Shown: positions 52,219 through 61,451, counted from the first letter of the stretch. The stretch is 64,000 nt of DNA from Patescibacteria group bacterium (GCA_041649315.1 JBAZNJ010000004.1:25060-89059); one strand, 5' to 3'. Numbers and translations are program-made. Notes: generated by a model from the letters alone, not told the origin.

Positions 52219-53136
52219 ATGCCACTTTTTAAACAGGATAGTAATAAATTATCCATCATTCAAGAAAAAAATATTGATCTAGAAAAAACAGTTCAAAAAT
52301 TAACTGAAAGTAATTTGGATAATATTTTTAGTTTGGAATTTGTTAGCACTGAATTTGCTTTGCATAACTTTAGAATTGACACCTTAGCCTTTGATCAAGA
52401 AAATAATTCTTTTGTTATTATAGAGTATAAAAGAGATCGAAGTTTCAGTGTTATTGATCAGGGTTATGCTTATTTGGCTTTAATGCTTAATAATAAGGCA
52501 GATTTTATTTTAGAATATAATGAGAAAACAAAGAATAGTCTAAAGAGGGACGATGTTGATTGGTCGCAGTCTAAGGTTATTTTTGTGGCAAATTCCTTTA
52601 CGTCTTATCAGATGAATGCGATTAATTTTAAAGATTTGCCGATAGAGCTTTGGGAAGTGAAAATGTATGATAATGATGTAGTTTTATATAACCAGTTATT
52701 ATCTCAAGACTCTAAAGAATCAATAAAAACTATTACTAAAAATAAAACTATAAATAAGGTAAGTAGCGAAGTTAAGGTGTATACGCTAGAGGATCATCTT
52801 AGCATTCCAGAAGATATAAAAAACCTATTTTTTGCTTTAAGAGAAAAAATTTTATCGCTTAGTGATTCCGTGGAAGAAAGACCTAAACAAAATTATGTGG
52901 CCTATCGATTAAAGAATGCTTTTGCCTATGTTCATAATCAACAGTCAAAAATAAAAATTCATTTGGAAATAAGAAAAAAAGATTTGGACGATCCAAAAAA
53001 TATGGCTAGAAATGTTGAAGGAATTGGACATCATGGCGGAGGAGAGACTGAGGTTATTTTAAATAGGTCTGAAGATTTAAATTACGTTTTTCTGCTAATA
53101 GAACAGGCTTATAATAGGATATCTAAAAAATCTTAA
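52219..53136 (+). CDS. PD-(D/E)xK nuclease-like N-terminal domain + DUF5655-like C-terminal domain protein
   Basis: 305 aa. FRIDTLAFDQENNSFVIIEYKRD...IDQG fits a D...E-x-K...Q nuclease core. The C-terminal ERPKQNYVAYRLKNAFAYVHNQQSKIKIHLEI resembles DUF5655. Its stop codon overlaps the stop of the convergent recombinase gene. Confidence 0.55.
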   Translation: MPLFKQDSNKLSIIQEKNIDLEKTVQKLTESNLDNIFSLEFVSTEFALHNFRIDTLAFDQENNSFVIIEYKRDRSFSVIDQGYAYLALMLNNKADFILEYNEKTKNSLKRDDVDWSQSKVIFVANSFTSYQMNAINFKDLPIELWEVKMYDNDVVLYNQLLSQDSKESIKTITKNKTINKVSSEVKVYTLEDHLSIPEDIKNLFFALREKILSLSDSVEERPKQNYVAYRLKNAFAYVHNQQSKIKIHLEIRKKDLDDPKNMARNVEGIGHHGGGETEVILNRSEDLNYVFLLIEQAYNRISKKS

Positions 53137-54416
53137 TTAATTAGAACAGTTTTATTTTGAAGTAGTATTTTCCCGTTTAAACACGTAAGTAATTCTCGTT
53201 TCTCTTGATCATCACCCTCCTGTAGTAAAAACTTGATATAATTTTTAACATCGACGTCGCTCACGTCGATGTTTTGATTTTTGCCAGTCGCCATTATTTG
53301 AAATTTCTTAAATCTTTTTATTTCTCCTTCAATTTTATCTTGAACTGGTAACTTCTTGAAATCTAATTTCTCAACCTGCTTTTGTAATTGTTTTATTAAG
53401 TCTTCTTCGCTGATATAACCCGACTTACAATTTTTATCTTTTGCTTTGGTACAGCCATAATAAATATGACGGTTAAAACCTCCATTTTTTAATTTCTTAA
53501 ATTTTTCTGTTGCTGATATTCCTGAACCACATAAACCACAGGTCATAATTTTGGTAAAAGCGAATTCAATATTTTCTCGTCTAACTAATTGGGAATTCTT
53601 CATTTGATCTTGAACTAAATCAAATAATTCCTTGGTTATCAGTGGCTCGTGTTTGCCTTGATACCAATTACCACTGCCTCGGGGATATTCAAAGGGGCCA
53701 TAGTAGAAAGTATTTTCAAGAAGACGGTAGATATTTCCTAAACTTAAATGCTTTTTTCCTAGCGCGGTTCTAAAATTTAAATCAAATCGTAACCAATTAT
53801 AAATCTTTCGGCCTGACCATTTTTCATAAGCGACTTTTTCAAACATCTGTCTGATAACGTGGCCCCTGTCTGGGTCGATCAAACATTGTCCCTTATGATC
53901 AACTTGTTTTTCTTTAAAGTAACCAGTCGGCGGGCAAGTCGGCCATAAACCTTTTTCACATCTAGCTCTTAAACCTCTTTTGACGTTTATGCCACGATTA
54001 TCATTTTCGAGTTTTGCTTGAGAACATAGAATCATGAGCAGAAACTTTTCGTTTGGAGAATTACTAAATGTTTGGCCAAAGGTGCGAATACTCATTAATT
54101 TCTTCTCATCCATTAAATCAACTAAGGATCCTAAGTCACCAGCATTTCTTGAAAGTCTATCAGGTGCCCAGGTTAAAATAGCGTTAAATTTCTCTTCAGC
54201 TATGTCTTTTAATAACTCCTTAAAGATGGGGCGATTGCCAGAATCTTTGGCGGACTTTGATTCTCGTCTAATATCAACGATTTCCAAATTTTCTCTTTCA
54301 GCAATTTGAAGCATTTCCTTAACCTGTGAATCGATTGATTGGACTTGTCGCTCGTCTGATTCAGTACTCTTTCTAGCATAAAGACAGTATTTTAGCTCAG
54401 TTTCTAATGGAGGCAT
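53133..54416 (-). CDS. Large serine recombinase (resolvase domain + recombinase domain + zinc ribbon)
   Basis: 427 aa. The N-terminal CLYARKSTESDERQVQSIDSQ carries the catalytic Ser motif, followed by DRLSRN. The C-terminal Zn ribbon is CGLCGSGISA...YYGC. Confidence 0.85.
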   Translation of the reverse strand: MPPLETELKYCLYARKSTESDERQVQSIDSQVKEMLQIAERENLEIVDIRRESKSAKDSGNRPIFKELLKDIAEEKFNAILTWAPDRLSRNAGDLGSLVDLMDEKKLMSIRTFGQTFSNSPNEKFLLMILCSQAKLENDNRGINVKRGLRARCEKGLWPTCPPTGYFKEKQVDHKGQCLIDPDRGHVIRQMFEKVAYEKWSGRKIYNWLRFDLNFRTALGKKHLSLGNIYRLLENTFYYGPFEYPRGSGNWYQGKHEPLITKELFDLVQDQMKNSQLVRRENIEFAFTKIMTCGLCGSGISATEKFKKLKNGGFNRHIYYGCTKAKDKNCKSGYISEEDLIKQLQKQVEKLDFKKLPVQDKIEGEIKRFKKFQIMATGKNQNIDVSDVDVKNYIKFLLQEGDDQEKRELLTCLNGKILLQNKTVLIN

Positions 54417-54486
54417 ATGATTTAATAGTTAATTATTAGTTAAATCTACGCCTCCATTAATGACACACTTTTAAGGTTCTGCTAAG

Positions 54487-54538
54487 CAGCTAGCTGTTGG
54501 TAACTTGTCGATAACTTTTCCTTTAATATTAAAGGAAA
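54487..54538. promoter_or_regulatory. Palindromes in the terL-recombinase intergenic region (candidate protein-binding site or terminator)
   Basis: cagctagctg (54487-54496) is a 10-bp perfect palindrome. tttcctttaatattaaaggaaa (54517-54538) is a 22-bp perfect palindrome lying 3 nt downstream of the terL stop. Confidence 0.35.
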
Positions 54539-54540
54539 TA

Positions 54541-56013
54541 TTACCAATATAAGGTATAAACTCTTGGTGGATTAGGGCGTTTATCCAGTAAACTGTGGGC
54601 CAAATTAACAAAAGCATCAGCTAGATCATCATGTTTTTCAACTCCAAAATGAACTATTTGTTGGATTAACTCTTCAGCCCCTTTTCTTGGAAATAGTATT
54701 TGCCCGTTTTTAATCATATTAGCTGTCAGAACAAGTCGGGTGCGTTTATCTTGGCTTCCTGGGTGTGTAGTCATGACATTGCCAATCCCCTCAACTTTTA
54801 ACTGTTGAGGAAGAGCTTTTTGATAAGCGACATCTTCCACGACCAACCTGACGAGATCATAATCCTTTTTATAACTCTCATACATAACCTTGCAGGTATC
54901 GATGGTTTCGGGGAAGTTAAGCCGTCTATTGATTATCTTCGGCAGAATATAAATTTTGTATCCTGTTTTCGTTTCAAATAGTAACCCAGGCACCATGGCT
55001 GTATAATCAGCGACGGAACTTTGAGAGATAGCAGGATCAATACCGATTCTAACTTCAAGATGTGATTTATATCCGCCGTACATATCCATTCTTTCTGGAA
55101 TCTCATCATAATAATTAATCCATTCAGGGTAAATAGCTTGGTCATCACTGGGAACAATATTTAACAGATATTCTTGTTGCCAAGTAATCTCATTGCCAAC
55201 TTTTTTCCGCTCGGCTTCAATATCTTTATCGGTTGGGTATTTACCAGGCCACAAGCAAATACCTTTTTTATTGATTAACGGGTAGAAAAGGAAATTGCCA
55301 TCAATAATTTCTTTTTCCTTTTCTTCTTTTAATCTCATAAGCAAAGAATCTTCATGTAAGAGGTTTCCCACTATAACCAGTCTTGTGTCCTTATCGCCAG
55401 CAGGAATAACCTCGCTCTTAAGCCATTGATAGGTTTTATTGCGGCCATCTCTGGTTTTGGTTGAGCTAATATCTTCCACATCATCGCAAATAATCAAATC
55501 AGGCCGATTTTCGTAATGTCTAATACCTCTAATACTTTGATCAACAGAAGCGACGGTAATTCTGGCATCAGTATTTGAAAAGACAATTGATTGAGCGCCC
55601 CATTCATCGCTATTTTCTCGAAATGGGCCCAAGTCTTTTTTAAGTAGGTCATTATCTTCTAATTCTCGGCGCAGATTCATCATGTGTTGTTTAGCTTGCG
55701 CTTGGGTTTGACAGAAAATAACGACAAACTTCTTTTGCTGTTTGCCGAGTATCGCCCAAATCGGATAAGCGGCGGTAATAATAGTTGATTTGCCTGATCC
55801 TCTAAAAGCCACCACAAACAAATTTTCTTTGTGACTGGATTCAATTAAAGAAATTATGTTTTTCTGAAAATCCGCTGTTTCATATTTAACATAATGGGCG
55901 TAGTAGAAGTGAAAGAAATAAGAAAAACTTTCCCTAGTTATCGCCGTTCTTATTTTCTTGTCCTGGGTCATTTGCTCCACCATTTCTTGTGGAATCATCT
56001 TGTTTACTATCAT
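54541..56013 (-). CDS. terL: Phage terminase large subunit (TerL)
   Basis: 490 aa. Walker A AFRGSGKST and a Walker B-like LIICDDVED. The C-terminal RNaseH-like nuclease region has an acidic residue pattern (VVEDVAYQ..., HDDLADAF). Confidence 0.8.
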   Translation of the reverse strand: MIVNKMIPQEMVEQMTQDKKIRTAITRESFSYFFHFYYAHYVKYETADFQKNIISLIESSHKENLFVVAFRGSGKSTIITAAYPIWAILGKQQKKFVVIFCQTQAQAKQHMMNLRRELEDNDLLKKDLGPFRENSDEWGAQSIVFSNTDARITVASVDQSIRGIRHYENRPDLIICDDVEDISSTKTRDGRNKTYQWLKSEVIPAGDKDTRLVIVGNLLHEDSLLMRLKEEKEKEIIDGNFLFYPLINKKGICLWPGKYPTDKDIEAERKKVGNEITWQQEYLLNIVPSDDQAIYPEWINYYDEIPERMDMYGGYKSHLEVRIGIDPAISQSSVADYTAMVPGLLFETKTGYKIYILPKIINRRLNFPETIDTCKVMYESYKKDYDLVRLVVEDVAYQKALPQQLKVEGIGNVMTTHPGSQDKRTRLVLTANMIKNGQILFPRKGAEELIQQIVHFGVEKHDDLADAFVNLAHSLLDKRPNPPRVYTLYW

Positions 56014-56428
56014 ATGTGTTTGTATTATTAATTATTAATTGCTCATCGGCTGGTAATAGTTTTGCCAGTTTCAAAGCATGTTTTACTACTTCTGCTTGAG
56101 CAGGAGTTAGTTCGTCGGTATCTTCCGTTTTGGAAGTTACCTCAATCTTATCTTTAAACCTCGGATTGCGATGTCTAAGCCAAAAGCTGATCGCTGACCA
56201 ATTCTTTTCTTTAATCATTGTTAAGAGTTGGCTTTCGCTCATGTCGTTTACTAGAGCCTCACCTTCGGCTAAGGCCTCATCCATTACTTTCGAGAATTTT
56301 TTGTCCTCTCGTTTCCAGCGATAAATGCTGTTACGAGATACACCTGATTTTTCACAGGCGACTAAAACGATAGGCACTTTCTTAAGCTCGTTAAAGAAAG
56401 CTTCTTGTAATCGGCTTTTCTTAGACAT
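55934..56428 (-). CDS. Terminase small subunit-like HTH protein
   Basis: 164 aa. N-terminal HTH (VACEKSGVSRNSIYRWKREDKKF). It sits immediately upstream of terL and overlaps it by 80 nt if both annotated starts are used. Confidence 0.55.
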   Translation of the reverse strand: MSKKSRLQEAFFNELKKVPIVLVACEKSGVSRNSIYRWKREDKKFSKVMDEALAEGEALVNDMSESQLLTMIKEKNWSAISFWLRHRNPRFKDKIEVTSKTEDTDELTPAQAEVVKHALKLAKLLPADEQLIINNTNTYDSKQDDSTRNGGANDPGQENKNGDN

Positions 56429-57701
56429 GCTCCACCACCTCCTTTCTGCCTGTTAATTTTCGATATCTTGCTATCGCCAAATCACAGAAAATTGGCTCAA
56501 GTTCTATCGCATAAACTTTCCTTTTTAATTGCTCACCAGCAATAATGGTGCTGGCTGATCCCGAGAAAGAATCAAGAATAATATCTCCAGGCTTAGTACA
56601 GCGCCTTATAGCCTTTTCGTAGAGCTTTGGGGGCTTACTGGTGGCATGTTCGTAATCTTTACCTGAAATACGCTTGGTAAGCCAAATATCTAAAGAATCA
56701 TAGATATCTTCAAACATTTCATTACCAGTACCAAGCTCTTTGTTTAATACCTCGTTATAGTTTTTAATATCAGAATTGATATATGGCTTGCCTTTAACCC
56801 CATAAACGGCAGGTTCATAACACTTATTGAAAGCAATTTTAGGAGTAGGGTTTTGTGAATTTTTAAGCCACAAACAAACTCGCTTATTTATTATTCCTAG
56901 TTCTCGATATAACTCTTGAAATAAGCCGATATATGTTTGGTCGCACCAGTAAAATACATGGCAGTCATTTTTAGTGTTCGGCAAAGCGGCTAAAAGAGAA
57001 TTCTTAATAAACTGCTTATATTCTTCATAACTTCTATTGTCATTAACCGTTCCGCCATAATCATTTTTACCGCCAATGCCTTTGGAATAGTCTAATTTAA
57101 TGTTATAGACTGGATCAGAAAATATCATTGAGGCCCTGTCATTACCAAATAATCTTTTTAGGTTATCGGGGTTGGTAGAATCGCCACAAAGTAGGCGATG
57201 TTCGCCTAAATGTATTAGGTCACCTGGTTTAGTTTTTGGTGTCTTTATCTTTTTTAACTCTGCCTCAACATCAAAGTCCTCATCTTTTACTTCTAATTCT
57301 TTATCCCAGAAATAAGATAAATCGACTTGATCAAAACCAATATCAACTAAGAGGTCTAGGTCAAATGTCTTTAACTTTTCAAAATCCCAATCACCACCTA
57401 AAGCGTTGCTGGAAATAAGATATCTTTTAGTCTCATCTTCGGTTAGTTGACGATTAGGGATCCTAACATCAATTAGCTCCTCACCTCTGCCAAGGATTTG
57501 AAGGGCCTTAACTCGCTGGTGGCCGGCCAAAATTTTGCCAGTTAAGTCGATGGCTGGAATTTCGACTAAATTAAATTTAGCCAAACTTTTCTTAAGATCA
57601 GACATTTGTTTATCACTGATCTTTCTAGGGTTAACATCTTGGGGAACAAGATCGTTAACTCTTTTTTGCACTGTGTGCCATTGGAGTTTTTCTGCTTTCA
57701 T
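56421..57701 (-). CDS. ParB-like nuclease domain fused to an N4/N6 DNA methyltransferase
   Basis: 426 aa. The N-terminus has a ParB-like NPRKISDKQMSDLKKSL...GHQRVKAL. The methyltransferase motif IV variant is SDPVYN. The C-terminal AdoMet motif is ILDSFSGSASTIIAG. Confidence 0.8.
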   Translation of the reverse strand: MKAEKLQWHTVQKRVNDLVPQDVNPRKISDKQMSDLKKSLAKFNLVEIPAIDLTGKILAGHQRVKALQILGRGEELIDVRIPNRQLTEDETKRYLISSNALGGDWDFEKLKTFDLDLLVDIGFDQVDLSYFWDKELEVKDEDFDVEAELKKIKTPKTKPGDLIHLGEHRLLCGDSTNPDNLKRLFGNDRASMIFSDPVYNIKLDYSKGIGGKNDYGGTVNDNRSYEEYKQFIKNSLLAALPNTKNDCHVFYWCDQTYIGLFQELYRELGIINKRVCLWLKNSQNPTPKIAFNKCYEPAVYGVKGKPYINSDIKNYNEVLNKELGTGNEMFEDIYDSLDIWLTKRISGKDYEHATSKPPKLYEKAIRRCTKPGDIILDSFSGSASTIIAGEQLKRKVYAIELEPIFCDLAIARYRKLTGRKEVVEHV

Positions 57702-57788
57702 ATTATTAAAATTAATTATGATTTGTATAAATTTTTGAAAGAGTTAAGGCCCTCAAACTAAATACAATTTAATTTTAATAACAAAAAA

Positions 57789-57812
57789 CAGGACTGTCCT
57801 TGCAGTCCTGTT
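57789..57812 (-). terminator. Hairpin terminator downstream of 57837..58505(-)
   Basis: Stem caggactg / cagtcctg with an 8-nt loop, flanked by an A-run on the + strand (a T-run on the - strand). Confidence 0.65.
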
Positions 57813-57836
57813 AATTCATGCTATTTCTATCTATTT

Positions 57837-58505
57837 CTACTTTTTTGACGAAAAATCAGATGGATAAATATCGTCAATTTCAGCTTTTTTCATATCATCT
57901 CTGGTTATTGGATTCCGAAATTCAGTAGCCTTTAATGATATGTTTGGAAAAAATAGTTTTTTAATATTTCCTTTAAATCCAAGGTCATTAATTATTTGGT
58001 CGAATTTTTTAACCATTTTACTATTCTTGTATTTGGCAAATTCTCCAGACGTTATTTTTTTATTTGGATTATTTACTATAAACATTGCGAAGTAATCATT
58101 TTCACTATCAAAGCGTGGCTTTGCTATAATTATTTCATTAACTTTTAATTTTCTATTTTCATAAGTGGCATGCAAAATAGCATTGGATTCGTTGAATATT
58201 AAATAATCGTTTAATTTATTGTCTTCCACATATTTTTTAAAGCCATCTAATAATTTTACCTCCACAGCTTGTCCGATCGGCTTTAATGCTTTATACATCA
58301 AGGTGTCCATATCATTCCTTACGGCTCTGTTATCCAGTATTTCTATTAATTTATTTTTGCGTAAAGTAATTAAGGTGGAGTTAATTTCTGAGTCAGATAA
58401 TCCAGAAAATTCAGTTCTTTGTATTACAACAATATCATCATCGGTAATTTGGTGAAACTTTAGTAAAATTAAGATTATTTGTCTTTTGATTTCCGCTCCT
58501 GTCAT
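57837..58505 (-). CDS. Hypothetical protein (222 aa), possible wHTH regulator
   Basis: Clean ORF, divergent from the 939-aa gene. The N-terminal ~60 aa (IILILLKFHQ...SEINSTLITLRKNKLIEIL) looks wHTH-like. The rest is unassigned. Confidence 0.5.
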   Translation of the reverse strand: MTGAEIKRQIILILLKFHQITDDDIVVIQRTEFSGLSDSEINSTLITLRKNKLIEILDNRAVRNDMDTLMYKALKPIGQAVEVKLLDGFKKYVEDNKLNDYLIFNESNAILHATYENRKLKVNEIIIAKPRFDSENDYFAMFIVNNPNKKITSGEFAKYKNSKMVKKFDQIINDLGFKGNIKKLFFPNISLKATEFRNPITRDDMKKAEIDDIYPSDFSSKK

Positions 58506-58619
58506 ATATTTTTTTACATCATTATGCTAATATTATAGTATATTTGACTAAATATTACTATAAATGCCTACATCTTAAAATAACAGGGTAGTTAGTATTA
58601 TTTTTTTCTTAACTTTTTT

Positions 58620-61439
58620 ATGCATTCCAAACTTCAAACAATTATTATTAACTCAATAAATGCTAATAACCAAACTTGTTTTGCTGGGATTATTTGTGCA
58701 AATGAAATATTTATTGTTATTTATGGTGTTATTTTTACAATGGTAATTTCTTTGGGTGTTTACATCTACGGATTGCAAAATAAAGGTGAAAAAATAACAT
58801 TAATTAAAAATACAAAGATAAAACAAGTTATTAGATATTGTTTGATATTTTTTTCTATAAGTTTTTTGTCATTGCCAGGCATAATTTATGAGTTTGTAAA
58901 TTTTTTACTGGTTGCGGTAGTACTTTATAACATTTTCAAAGCCTTTACTGAGATCTTTGCGTTTAATGAAAACGAACTTTCTGGCGAAATGGCTGTTAGA
59001 AAATTTAAAGAAGGTGTAATTCAAGATAAGCTTAAGGAATTTGAAAATATTAAGATTAAAAATGATATTTTTAAAAAATCTGTTGAAGATAAAAATGATA
59101 TATCAGTAGAAAGATTTTTATTCGATGAAAACAAGGATGCTTACCATTTTATTCGTGCGCAAAATTCTGGTTTTATTGTCGACATTAACCTAAACGTTCT
59201 TTCTTCGAAAGAGATTGATGGAGTTTCTTCGAAAGAGATTGATGGAGTTTCTTCAAAAGAGATTGATGAAGTTTTTTCGAAAAAAAATTCTTATTACATT
59301 CCTTATAATATTTCAAATGGTGCTCCGGTTGCTTTTGATAGTATTATTTTGGGCGTAAAGAAAGAGGAGGGACAAAAAATAGACGAAGAAAGATTGCGCT
59401 CTTTCATTTCTATTAGCGAAAAATACGAAAACCCAACTTCATATTTGGAAGCTGAAATGAGAACTTATTATTCTGAAATGTTTTCACTCATTAAAATAGA
59501 AGATACAAAAAGTCTTGAATTAAAACTTGAAGAATTTTCAAACTTTGTGAATCATTTTACAAATAGAGCTGAGTCATACGCGGATTTAATCCAATTTATT
59601 AATGATGATATTGTTTTTCCTTTACAAAGATTTTCGTTCAAACGAACTGAAATCGATTGTATTAGGGAAATGGTTTCTTTTTCGCTAAGCTATGTCTACC
59701 AATCACTTGATAAAAAATCAATTCAAACGTTTAATATTTTCTTAAGAAATGTTAGTCATGCTTTTTATCAGTCATTTAGTCTTAGTGTCGAAAAACAGAA
59801 TGAATTTAGTGATATATATTTTAGATGGTTAAATGAAATAGCAAAATATTCAATTAAACCAAAAATACAAAAAGGTGAAGATTATAATGAATATGTAATT
59901 AACTTTCTATCAAGTCTTAACGGATCATTGAAGGTTGCTTTTGATAATAAGAACATTGGAGCCTTCTCTAAAACTTTAGAACTATTAAATAATTCGTTCT
60001 CACGTGAGAATTATGAACACGATGAAGATAATTTATTAGATGAATTAGTGTTAACAAAAAAAGCCGTAATCTTTGGTTTTACTTCTTGGGCATATAAGTA
60101 TTATCAAGAAAGAAAAGATGAGGATTTCTACAAAAAAGCTCTCGCTGAGTTGTTGGTTGCGTTGCAAAAAGACCGTGTTTATTATTATGGAAATGTTCAG
60201 GATGACATAAATTATTACCTTTTAGTTTATTTGAAAGCAATAAAAATATCAGGAGAAAAGGGATCGTTTGGCTGGGATAGTTGGGGAATGCCAGAAGGGG
60301 TAGTATATACCGTTACTATACATAACGACGCGAAGAATTTACTTATAGATAGAATTCTTAGTACAATTATCAATAACCAAGCTCTAGAAATAGATATAAA
60401 AGCCGGAAGTTATAATGACGAGCTTTCTCTTATTAAGGAGGGCGATCAGCAGTTTGATCCGCTATTTGGAAAAAATAAGTTATCTTTCATTGCAACAATT
60501 GATCTTGATGACGAAAAATTTGCCCTCGCAAAAGCAAAATTATATGAAATATTCTCTCAATTAAGTTTAAAATATAATGAAGAAGTAAAAATAAAATTAA
60601 TCGATCAACCTCTTGATGATGGTAAGTTTGAGAAATTTGCTGAAGAGAATTTTAAGTCATATGAAAAATCGCGTATTCTGTACAGAATTAAGAAATTTAT
60701 TAAAGATGATGTTAAAAAAGTAGATGGTTTTGGTTACAACATGTTACTTCACAAAGAGCAGTTTGTTGAGGATACAAACATTCATTATTCAAATGAAAGC
60801 CAATTTGGTGAAAATCTTGCCCAATCAGAAGATAATAAGATTTTGGAGTCTATCTATAAAGATTTTGAAGATATTGTTGCTATAAAAAAAGATAAAATTT
60901 GGAAAAATATTCAAGCAGAAGAAAATTTATCAGCGATTGTTATTTGGACTAATGGACATTTTTTTATTGAAGACACTAATCCAGACAACTTTAAACCACA
61001 CTGGAAAGAAGATGATTTAGGAGAAGACAGGGGTTATCATTATCAGGGGTCAATAAACGGTACTCCTGTATACTTTGTATATAAATTAAAAGAGTATAAA
61101 AAATATGCCGACACCCTCTTTATTTTTAAACAGGATCCTTTTTCTGTTAAAGAGTTTGAAATTATAGAAGATCAAAATATTGATCAGGCTAATTTTAAGT
61201 TCAAAAAAAGTGAAAAAAATTGTTTGAATCTTTCTGTTACAAATTTATCTTCTCTTAACGAAGAAAGGACAAAGATTGTGGAAAAATGGATAGAATTAAA
61301 TCCAGGAAGCATAGCCGACAAGAACGCGGAGATTGAAAAATTAAAAACAAAAGTAGTCTTTAAATTTTACAAAGGACTGTCTATCGGAGATGTCAAAGTT
61401 ATTGATTCAAATACTAAAATATTTCATATTACTAAATAA
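58620..61439 (+). CDS. Large orphan protein (939 aa) with an N-terminal multi-TM anchor and a long soluble region of unknown function
   Basis: About four predicted TM helices lie in the first ~110 aa (FAGIICANEIFIVIYGVIFTMVISLGVYIY; VIRYCLIFFSISFLSLPGIIY; FVNFLLVAVVLYNIF). About 830 aa follow with no Walker, nuclease, protease or HTH motif recognisable by eye. A 3x (SSKEIDGV) repeat is present. Very AT-rich. Confidence 0.6.
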   Translation: MHSKLQTIIINSINANNQTCFAGIICANEIFIVIYGVIFTMVISLGVYIYGLQNKGEKITLIKNTKIKQVIRYCLIFFSISFLSLPGIIYEFVNFLLVAVVLYNIFKAFTEIFAFNENELSGEMAVRKFKEGVIQDKLKEFENIKIKNDIFKKSVEDKNDISVERFLFDENKDAYHFIRAQNSGFIVDINLNVLSSKEIDGVSSKEIDGVSSKEIDEVFSKKNSYYIPYNISNGAPVAFDSIILGVKKEEGQKIDEERLRSFISISEKYENPTSYLEAEMRTYYSEMFSLIKIEDTKSLELKLEEFSNFVNHFTNRAESYADLIQFINDDIVFPLQRFSFKRTEIDCIREMVSFSLSYVYQSLDKKSIQTFNIFLRNVSHAFYQSFSLSVEKQNEFSDIYFRWLNEIAKYSIKPKIQKGEDYNEYVINFLSSLNGSLKVAFDNKNIGAFSKTLELLNNSFSRENYEHDEDNLLDELVLTKKAVIFGFTSWAYKYYQERKDEDFYKKALAELLVALQKDRVYYYGNVQDDINYYLLVYLKAIKISGEKGSFGWDSWGMPEGVVYTVTIHNDAKNLLIDRILSTIINNQALEIDIKAGSYNDELSLIKEGDQQFDPLFGKNKLSFIATIDLDDEKFALAKAKLYEIFSQLSLKYNEEVKIKLIDQPLDDGKFEKFAEENFKSYEKSRILYRIKKFIKDDVKKVDGFGYNMLLHKEQFVEDTNIHYSNESQFGENLAQSEDNKILESIYKDFEDIVAIKKDKIWKNIQAEENLSAIVIWTNGHFFIEDTNPDNFKPHWKEDDLGEDRGYHYQGSINGTPVYFVYKLKEYKKYADTLFIFKQDPFSVKEFEIIEDQNIDQANFKFKKSEKNCLNLSVTNLSSLNEERTKIVEKWIELNPGSIADKNAEIEKLKTKVVFKFYKGLSIGDVKVIDSNTKIFHITK
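59210..59281 (+). repeat. 24-nt tandem repeat x3 inside the 939-aa gene
   Basis: tcttcgaaagagattgatggagtt x2 is perfect. A third unit, tcttcaaaagagattgatgaagtt, has 2 substitutions. The array encodes SSKEIDGV-SSKEIDGV-SSKEIDEV. Confidence 0.9.
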
Positions 61440-61451
61440 AAAATTATCTTT

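Noticed and set aside
55934-56013. 80-nt overlap between the terS-like and terL ORFs as evidence for a frameshifted pseudogene or programmed frameshift
   Set aside because: TerL has several in-frame Met codons within its first 15 residues that shorten the overlap. Both ORFs are otherwise intact, and overlapping terminase genes are common in phages. I identified no slippery sequence.
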